From Candidatus Hadarchaeota archaeon (GTDB taxonomy: Archaea > Hadarchaeota > Hadarchaeia > Hadarchaeales > JAGGTB01): a stretch of DNA of 56,952 nucleotides. The stretch is taken from positions 11,360-68,311 of the forward strand of contig CAZSNS010000003.1 in NCBI GenBank assembly GCA_964608515.1, given 5' to 3'. The notes under the pieces are model-generated. The model had not been told where the DNA came from. It ran no database searches and worked only from the letters and a program-made list of their open reading frames with translations. Within the stretch, counting starts at the first letter, position 1; each line of letters starts with the position of its first letter. Both the position numbers and the translations under genes were made by a program. Shown piece by piece: positions 55,001 through 56,952 of the stretch.

Positions 55001-56952
55001 AAAAGTTGCCACCACAAATGCTCAAGGAAACCCAATAAACGATGGTGCTTCTTGGTTTGGAATAGGTTACGACTCCGCACACAATCACTGGAACGGAAAA
55101 ATAGACGAAGTCAAAATATTCGAAAGAGCTCTAAACGAAAATGAAATAGAAAACCTATACGTGGGAGACCCACCAAAAGGATTAGGACTCTTAAACTCAA
55201 TCATCGCCGACCCCTATATAAGCTGGGACAATCTAGACCTCGGAATCTCGCTAAAAACCCACGCAGATAAAATCTATGGACACTCCGACAACCTTACAAA
55301 AGACAACCTCTCGAGCCTACCCATAAGCATACCAACGGAAAAATTCCAGATTGAAAACTTCACACTCAACCTAGAAAACCTAAACGTAGGAATAATAGAC
55401 CTACTACTATCCTCCGATAATGTCACCTTACACACCATAAAACAATTCGGACCAGTCCTAGAAAACATTCGAAACTCCCTTAACATATCTTGGGAGAACA
55501 TCTATGCATCTCTAGAAAACACTAAAACCAGTTTGGATAGGTTGTATGCATTTTCTGAGAACTTGGATGGGGAAAACCTTTCTTCCGGCACATTTGGATT
55601 ATTTAGCGTTCCATTAGAAAACTTCTGGATGGAGAACTTCAATCTTAATTCCTGGAATACTTCATTCGGTCTGGAAAACTTCGGTTTAAGATTTGAAAAC
55701 GCTAGATTGGATAATTTAGACAATACGAAGAGTATGTTGGATAATGTTCTCAACTCATTTAAATACGTTAAATGGGATAACCTAAGAGCTGCCACTGAAA
55801 ACACTAATTTGCAAATAGAAAGGATTCATGGGGAAGACGATAATCTTACAAAAGAGAATTTGGAATCCTCATCCCTTGTACCATTCGACATACCAATGGA
55901 AACCTTATGGATTGAAAACTTAAAACTAGATTCAACTGACACCCGCATATCTATAATCGATTTCCGCATCCGATCAGAAAACTTGAAACTTGAAAATCTA
56001 AATAATACATCAGGCATTCTAGAAAACGTTTTGAATTCCATAGCCTTCATCAAAACAGACAATCTAAAACTCCAAAACTCTTCCAATGTTCAAGCCGACC
56101 ATTTCCACACATATTCGGAAAATCTACAGCAAGAAAATCTCGGAATAGAAATAATGGATAACTTATGGGTGGAAAATCTTGAGATAGAAACAGACTTCTT
56201 TAATGCAGGTTTACTCAATCTCGATCTTTTCTTTGAAAACATGCGGATCGAGAACGCTTCCGATACACAAGGAATGATTGAAAACATTTTCCAAAACATG
56301 ACCGCAGAATGGGAAAATATTTGGATGAATATAGAATCCGGAAGTTCTATCTTCGATAGACTCCGAGGATATTCAGAAAATCTCACACGAGATAATTTAC
56401 CCTTCGAGATAACTCCAGACGTATTTTGGATCAGTGATATCCAGATAAGAGCAGATAATGCGGATGGAAGATTAGAAAACTTCAAATTATCTTCCCGAAA
56501 TGTCCGAATAGAAAATGTGTCAGACCTTAATAGCACTATTGGAGAAGTCCAAGAATCTCTCAGATTAAGCTGGGACAATATCAATGCTAATTTAGAAAAT
56601 AGTGACCTCGAATGGAATAGACTCCACATGTTCGCTGATAATGTTACTGAGAATGATTTGCCTGTTGATCTTGGTTTGGATAATTTCATAGCTGAAAATA
56701 TTGAGGTTGATGTCGAGGACTTTAGTTCTTGGTTGGATAACTTTGGATTGAGGTTTGGAGAGTTTAGAATTGAGAATCTTGATAATACTTCTGGTATTTT
56801 GGATAATGTGAAGGATTCTTTTGAAGTTTTACGTTGGGATAATGTTGACGCTAATATCAGGGCGGGTGGTCTTGATTTTGACAGTCTTTATGCTGCTGCT
56901 GATAATGTTACTGAGAATGATTTGCCTGTTGATCTTGGTTTGGATAATTTCA
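40002..56952 (+). CDS. Giant surface protein (at least 5,650 aa, 3'-truncated by the window): N-terminal signal anchor, at least 8 LamG domains, recurring beta-sandwich-like modules, Asn/Leu-rich ~88-aa repeats
   Basis: In the frame with codon starts divisible by 3, the last upstream stop is TAG 39954-39956 and the first start is ATG 40002. I hand-translated 40002-43500 and 53280-56951 with no stop, and read the rest by eye. The track lists no + ORF in this frame, which it would if any stop existed. N-terminus: MPNSDGETPVNQSVRQNAYPSQENVFFSVIIIILFSISGSIGFLFF. Confidence 0.85.
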   Translation, partial: MPNSDGETPVNQSVRQNAYPSQENVFFSVIIIILFSISGSIGFLFFSHAGLGGLDRGNPTQSDYLEDETNEIGAGVENVGDPTLLDMFGVFVDHMTGGSLGAGSEFGKDLDIQVEEHLIAGNPGPPVLQIGRMNQDSSSPLSGGLRAELDGEIEDYYLGKTSTDPDPGPGTTLMANGSTMGLCDLTGLWEGSYMGISGSGPSPVGDGTSYDTLTLGPLGHINFHSGQLGVNVEDPMKLQWFTHITLDSLVIEGLGYPLGQIDSRLIDSSWPADNDSGGMLGTMILERAEINYLNIHLQEDFGMSMMGQKFNFDELEMESNNLLVKHMGPEPGVNWGDPPEVSHPAAFGPMKIEIVDVGQLDLKHLRNFNVDISEVGVGLDDLSLNMDTLNIRNIWSESMEFEKFDMNKLNIGLQGLNIDSGANVPIPLMGTQNKQQVDLKNLDMGLNNLQLRNMSGLTAMESGHFDSFVIENVKDLRTKLPTEFTETWNEEQDWFKGTSQKTRGPNGSLRLDTNTVWEGALWFDSDGSSLTTTPPNNEQTVQFYSGDGWPHNYGWLDEVYVSGGSDILVEEDDKWIAQLKGPGGFFDKGVTSMRGEYAHKWTYPHEVEIDPSAGEDLVVEYKASASLHGKTNSSNTYNFTLDSSDVPSGARIIEPTSWDIHTELYGNNYSDITITVLGIDYDTGTGGGSCDLYWKYGDKDTAPSRIENVKFASGYYDSGTHTSEWRDMGGNVVWENIQVNAGIPADTNATAVIISSEDGANWTDSKAIDLQDGSHTYDLSDLEPAKYLRIVTNLSTSDPLKTPKVHEYNVNASTKRWGGQLALYLDNLSVNLTNLDLEEMKGMSWDKLNWDDLNAGIDDIDLLSAYNQKNVSGSFSSWKDLDQEDWINYLESNSTLSSGDRAAAVIKVDNNTDHTTITDTTVRALDGGKERFDIQAKPVLNFDGSGDYGAIQDLHYDTAGGISEITVGAWVKTTSSDYQIISSYDANEYWRFAIGSSWDGAGSKGYPAWITASNGAGNHSMVGNTKVNDGEWHHLVATYDSSTGEMGLYVDGKLDATAEPYPDGTNLGTGTTRYGFIGTGSEASGYNGTVGPSEWMNGSLDDLYIYNNALTENEIQSIYNKDKYIQNNLVGYWPLDESQGDRAYDLSGNNNRGVLQGDPEWGIRDKPSLKDHQYYKVDTKEDWWDVDRYLLFSGKGSLRINNLDIKLPNVRVNDPGKVLTSWKSLTSDNAVIEVQDIQADTRGIEYNMNDLLANWTGFKSSVDRVGLGPVVSWAVGSESEWEKGVMDNVEADSPEGELELGYRDGDSKEGLTSYWRFDKEEGSVKDYSGEGNNGTNYGASRGEVGILGSDAFYFNGSNDDYVQSTDSVPVPSNGAISVWINGEMGSQVSQNIYPAGFYKVCLLGPSSGSSGRSGLIARNSGSNYYWDWGDQNIYNGQWHHYVVTWDSSNIYLYLDGQQIGSPKSHNNNIPFGDYRTINAGTAWSNGGYGPHTGKLDEFQIYDRHLSGQEIKDLYKNQNGSFQSTVHDYDRKVSFNSLKTSSVLNPSLKFDGTSDYVGIPNDASLNPNSITVSAWVSLENVGSGYNGIVDKRYNETYALYQDSGDKEFNWYVTTTDTSSSLRDISLNLDEFHHIAGTYDSSTGEMRVYKDGNLIKSTTISGNLASNTANLYIGLRKSTGDVWDGQIDDVRIYNRALSQTEVEDLHENQHITNGLVGHWPFDEGGGTTAYDEASNSNNNGYIHGPTWNSNSWNPNTAISAQVEVSDDPNLNFDGSNDYVEVPDEDSLDITDRITIAGWLYLRKDPAQWKGIAMKGGFDPYGVLLESDSRGLSGSVNIRGQRQKLDSNYDPSNMVGKWTHFVYTYDAGSGEARIYVDNQQRNSSNSFETGSIDIDQDPLIIGAEDANGNRSFPGKIDDLKIYRRTLNENEVSDLYENKPVPQGLVASWSFQNGVGTRTAKDGSDFSHDGTIHGAKWDMIVKGTKNIPASEIHGGTESHGLGGLPEAQYGRVKFDLSSNSIEKSPSIRKFSTDVSAGIMAQWERLALTGKELHFEFKDDLFVENLGLEELELGPVSLDNLEMESLGYDSNWMYGTLENGGVVSDDMKIKGLFDILGPSARFDNFILHRDNFHAFANTFSARGLKFRGENVLDNFTARNFDFVWENFHYQLEKFKKETFDASDWKVSSTEEWDAGNKADTRAVRDSLRLDTKTKHAEWRSTSDWESGSGNKYYVRYGELGIGFYDDFEDGLSNWSPLGGSSWTTTSEGELKATNGGVIVYDDPNVDSSSLADSTIKTRTEMKGGNTGIATRVEDSSNFYTLYLDNGGNIARLRERSGGSWQWTRSESANYYENTLYPLKFVAKGNSLVSKEESNGVFLNNSDSTHSSGYVGVYTPSSGAYYDDFWLQGGYGSATYRTEWREFDNDAALKTLSADTVISPNQGITATVQVSSDGSTVADSVDRVLRNGKNYYDISGLADDYPYVRVVLDLNTSDTTLSPRVKSIGVTEKSAETWKDRNEWAAGRFGLGSTPFHEPGKELLWSATSDWRKGYTETFEDGDVSDWNFIYNDSDPQTGLTDSHCKGRYGLRVDGDDIAVSPKLDLSGMSDVSITAYMDVWSMDDASEDGHLDFYDGGSWHTINSYHNEDGKFTYDIPDDWLSPNNKIRLRLVGGNGGGDHGVVDEIYINSLHGLTAFGGKLELKQLVPEPKFDGWDWDFWDSESGDLDEGYASYRGSGDSRHAEFHARTSTGTCWWPPTGCDSSGSHQGYAQDSFYVEDASLDKELKFWYDGSGGGDGVPTLRIKINDQQSSGWGSPTYSNAVSGSGSGTVTWDVTSAFSSPGRYYVRIRTDISVAASTGWFGSDSDEFTWQVDDLYISYTEGKHVTAWQDMGATVDWNYLNYQTSIAGGEGINTTIEVDDDSRHLSGVSSTKLGLADGSYEEDLSKLKDGKYIRMISKLSSSNTPNSPTLSRYEITYDTPEVTSLKSQDLIGFWKFESPDDEKVFDETDYKNNGKIRHEIELTSNSEWSPTIFSFDYNSDTGSSSHAHIRNSKVSLGIYPPEPRFDGSNWDFSGSTTDSYGYSGNRGHWSSSLSGGDPCHPVDKSTSDDGYAEDSFYVDVDDVGDETISFDWEANIWNNDGDDSASGSLTVELIDPGGSVIASGSTGTKSSDGTGTVTFNVSSSDWSGSGTYTIRAHAHIDLSLHVNTGNNDSVGMEWYVDGVWLGFDSGWHETPWTDMGEDTPLGGLEAKANIGSGDSISATIYTDPDSDHSNGNESSVNVNLSNGTSWHDISSLASGRYVKVRTDLSTDRNWSNVSEVDYYDIYTEKPSYEHCYVRNNSVGIGVYPAEPEFDSNNWTFGQSGSSGTAKYRNEKAYFYSGVGCDATVGSCSDSKNWYGYSEDQFYIDTLGMKNTQTLTYDWDVDSNTHGDGDANINQSKLWIYLETPSGTTHLLDSVDTNNGSQNDRSVNIPDSYWEVSGQYKIRMRVRIDTDVDVGLLETNAAAESRWYVDDLRIGFTSGQHDTAWRDLGETTELTDLRADATITPGQSIDATVTVDSDSDHSTVDGSTTVSLSDGDHLFDISSLPSARYVQIQTNFTANYQYPNKAELHSYQLMGNPAGDKKKSGKYGNAIELDGVNDFVRIPDDASLDVTSEVTVSTWMNIDSYPSSDSAIPLTHGDYDDSWWLELYSGGELRFYVNTNNGLRKAIINNVSRNQWVHITGTYDKESGQISVYKNGKIQDTVAHSGPIKTTSAPLYMGKGFGSGYGSKYYDGKLDEVEVYKRALAESEISEKWGFYTHWPFEGKGTGRAFDAQGKYDGTTSGGVSWVNGGVHGKALKFDGSDDYVAVDDLVYDSTGAIGEITVAGWIKTSSTDDQVIASWDRDEYWSLNVGRKSSNNEITWSTTSSDGTTHDMIGNTDVDDDTWHFVAATYSAVTGKKKIYVDGELDAVTQPYSPGIQLGKGEETRYGFIGEGSEASNFDGGRNNSLYFNGSIDELMLFSKALNSSEMKKYMNLYGGTDLSEYKNIKEGWSRTSWRDFGREVAWSEFISDVTIEPGQAIYSTVDVTNPIYEPTSWWTMDDAHTRDNTLKDYWSSYDGEINDASPGHTGVFNQSYNFDGTDDWINCGDINVLDSSSTFTTSLWFKREIDQSDDSNHGTSNVMFAKASDSANDIIEIGTEGSNIEIYLDAIGNNKMESYNAGINNNQWYHLALTYDSGVVKLYLNGAMVKEWTGWGSQLDDAGSSPVTLGKTHHSDIYFGGLIDEVMVYDKVLKHGEIQKIRNKIRNKEIRDRQEFRLEHGPHSHFIQEMSPGRYARVTTKMSSNDTRKSPSVNSYTIWEAPTYKSQGSYSITRDWVMRREYTDFGVSSTLPENTNASLEIQVSNDKSNWNTIGSDSDLSDGFTKIELPSTAGRYSRVKFDLSTQIETRTPVINYFTIRSPGGSTVKWLEDNLHWDRLEMNLEHFVGFNDVLNENAVETMTLGKVDFFDKLRVENNLIELENFHYLIENYDIVSRDVYLTNPGITDVLMEQIGDMGWDYSELTWENFTFSHDNIYAYIKSLSAEDLPFLSAGTLGLDNLKMENTVINSTDFLFNLENLYFLSDNVYIENVGVNDWVYESMENMGWDNGQWDWKFFNLRNDHLYADSAYMDQDDLPIGVPVDNLELENLKLSTKDFQFRWWKLAVWSDNINMHEPGLQDVLKNFIENMKWRYSRLDLDNIYAKHDRFYTSLENMTQEDIPMDVPMFDNIKMENLEATSKNFLYNLLDLRVIAENVRLRTPGLTDVPMAFIEELGWDNSRLEWENLEITNDYLWTHAENLTKDEIPAEIPLENFRIENLEITSEDFLANLIDLLWKSKGVNSVENLIAEWKMDEGEGSIANDTAYQNDGQLKNGPVWDNGYYGNSLKFDGSNDYVETPDVVGGENEITISTWVNPKDFESQDKTVVGTWGTQELTLWYDVGMDNWSLIVHDTNGNNVRVNGGNPQTGEWTHLAGTYKDNEKLELYINGTKVATTNAQGNPINDGASWFGIGYDSAHNHWNGKIDEVKIFERALNENEIENLYVGDPPKGLGLLNSIIADPYISWDNLDLGISLKTHADKIYGHSDNLTKDNLSSLPISIPTEKFQIENFTLNLENLNVGIIDLLLSSDNVTLHTIKQFGPVLENIRNSLNISWENIYASLENTKTSLDRLYAFSENLDGENLSSGTFGLFSVPLENFWMENFNLNSWNTSFGLENFGLRFENARLDNLDNTKSMLDNVLNSFKYVKWDNLRAATENTNLQIERIHGEDDNLTKENLESSSLVPFDIPMETLWIENLKLDSTDTRISIIDFRIRSENLKLENLNNTSGILENVLNSIAFIKTDNLKLQNSSNVQADHFHTYSENLQQENLGIEIMDNLWVENLEIETDFFNAGLLNLDLFFENMRIENASDTQGMIENIFQNMTAEWENIWMNIESGSSIFDRLRGYSENLTRDNLPFEITPDVFWISDIQIRADNADGRLENFKLSSRNVRIENVSDLNSTIGEVQESLRLSWDNINANLENSDLEWNRLHMFADNVTENDLPVDLGLDNFIAENIEVDVEDFSSWLDNFGLRFGEFRIENLDNTSGILDNVKDSFEVLRWDNVDANIRAGGLDFDSLYAAADNVTENDLPVDLGLDNF
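40005..40014 (+). repeat. GC-rich motif half-site E2 (codons 2-5 of the giant ORF)
   Basis: cccaactcag, 21 nt downstream of the same decamer-like arm in copy E. Confidence 0.5.
40144..40170 (-). repeat. GC-rich motif copy F (inverted, compact), inside codons ~48-57 of the giant ORF
   Basis: + strand atgctgggctgggcggactggaccgtg; reverse complement cacggtccagtccgcccagcccagcat. Confidence 0.6.
42819..43360 (+). other. LamG/ConA-like (Laminin_G_3 type) domain 1 of the giant ORF
   Basis: LNFDGSGDYGAIQD ... DGEWHHLVATYDSSTGEMGLYVDG ... GSLDDLYIYNNALTENEIQSIY. Confidence 0.8.
44055..44545 (+). other. LamG-like domain 2
   Basis: FYFNGSNDDYVQS ... NGQWHHYVVTWDSSNIYLYLDG ... GKLDEFQIYDRHLSGQEIKDLY. 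Confidence 0.75.
44640..45113 (+). other. LamG-like domain 3
   Basis: LKFDGTSDYVGIPND ... EFHHIAGTYDSSTGEMRVYKDG ... GQIDDVRIYNRALSQTEVEDLH. Confidence 0.8.
45303..45797 (+). other. LamG-like domain 4
   Basis: LNFDGSNDYVEVPDE ... GKWTHFVYTYDAGSGEARIYVDN ... GKIDDLKIYRRTLNENEVSDLY. Confidence 0.8.
48090..50826 (+). repeat. Three tandem ~270-aa coding supermodules (48090-48912, 49149-49958, 50013-50826)
   Basis: Each starts (L/I/V)(V/Y)P(x)EP(K/R/E)FD(G/S)xxW(D/T)F, has ..GY(A/S)(Q/E)D(S/Q)FY(V/I)(E/D).., and ends in a W-module: H(V/E/D)T(A/P)W(Q/T/R)D(M/L)G ... (K/R)Y(I/V)(R/K/Q). Confidence 0.75.
50877..51365 (+). other. LamG-like domain 5
   Basis: IELDGVNDFVRIPDD ... NQWVHITGTYDKESGQISVYKNG ... 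GKLDEVEVYKRALAESEISEKW. Confidence 0.8.
51492..52023 (+). other. LamG-like domain 6
   Basis: LKFDGSDDYVAVDD ... DDTWHFVAATYSAVTGKKKIYVDG ... GSIDELMLFSKALNSSEMKKYM. Confidence 0.8.
52326..52830 (+). other. LamG-like domain 7, apparently nested inside a W-module
   Basis: YNFDGTDDWINCGD ... NNQWYHLALTYDSGVVKLYLNG ... GLIDEVMVYDKVLKHGEIQKIR. Confidence 0.75.
53322..54560 (+). repeat. Asn/Leu-rich ~85-90-aa coding repeat array, part 1 (units U1-U5)
   Basis: Unit anchors (Trp of W-D/E-N or equivalent) at 53322, 53589, 53853, 54105 and 54360, giving periods of 267, 264, 252 and 255 nt. Confidence 0.8.
54690..55160 (+). other. LamG-like domain 8, splitting the ~88-aa repeat array
   Basis: LKFDGSNDYVETPD ... 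TGEWTHLAGTYKDNEKLELYING ... GKIDEVKIFERALNENEIENLY. Confidence 0.8.
55224..56952 (+). repeat. Asn/Leu-rich ~85-94-aa coding repeat array, part 2 (units U6-U12; the last is cut by the window end)
   Basis: Anchors at 55224, 55491, 55773, 56055 (T instead of W), 56310, 56571 and 56835, giving periods of 267, 282, 282, 255, 261 and 264 nt. 55 nt are identical between 56634-56688 and 56898-56952. Confidence 0.85.

Noticed and set aside
40922-56689. About 30 minus-strand ORFs of 60-229 aa listed over the last 17 kb (for example 40922..41611, 55274..55501, 55502..55804, 55826..56086, 56090..56689).
   Set aside because: All lie antisense to the uninterrupted + strand giant ORF. They are Ser/Phe/Leu/Arg-rich and of low complexity. 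They cluster in the A+C-rich blocks where antisense stops are rare, so they are shadow ORFs.
53322-56952. Regularly spaced repeats that might be mistaken for a CRISPR or satellite array.
   Set aside because: The period is about 255-282 nt. The units are divergent, in frame and coding, and there is no short conserved direct repeat with unique spacers.

Overview
AT-rich archaeal chromosomal segment. Archaeal hallmarks are TFB, Fen1, RNA polymerase subunit K/Rpo6, Taw1/TYW1, CDP-archaeol synthase and SepRS. SepRS suggests a methanogen-related or allied lineage, but the taxon cannot be resolved from the sequence. There are three blocks. (1) 0.1-3.2 kb and 23.1-33.0 kb hold glycosylation and cell-envelope genes: two tandem GT2, a Dpm1-like GT2, a GT4, a MOP/Wzx flippase broken by one in-frame TGA, a B12-type radical SAM enzyme, two alkaline-phosphatase-superfamily (sulfatase-like) genes in a decayed tandem duplication, and a UbiA-type prenyltransferase with no canonical start codon. 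(2) 3.3-23.0 kb holds housekeeping genes. (3) From 33.3 kb to the window end lies an island of secreted or anchored surface proteins: a PQQ beta-propeller, a NosD-like beta-helix and two unknowns. It ends in a giant + strand ORF that starts at ATG 40002 and is still open at 56952 (at least 5,650 codons). That ORF is missing from the supplied ORF track, presumably because it has no stop inside the window; the many minus-strand ORFs listed over it are shadow ORFs. The giant ORF is a mosaic of at least 8 LamG/ConA-like domains, a recurring ~95-aa module also found in two other proteins of this window, a triplicated ~270-aa supermodule, and at least 12 copies of an unassigned ~88-aa Asn/Leu-rich repeat. 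A GC-rich ~30-nt motif occurs in both orientations around the start codons of the giant gene and its upstream neighbour. Several genes show sub-genic blocks of opposite strand skew and synonymous codon choice. I recognised no rRNA, tRNA, CRISPR array, transposase or integrase. All calls come from hand translation and remembered family motifs. Domain borders are approximate (about +-30 nt) and base counts were made by hand.
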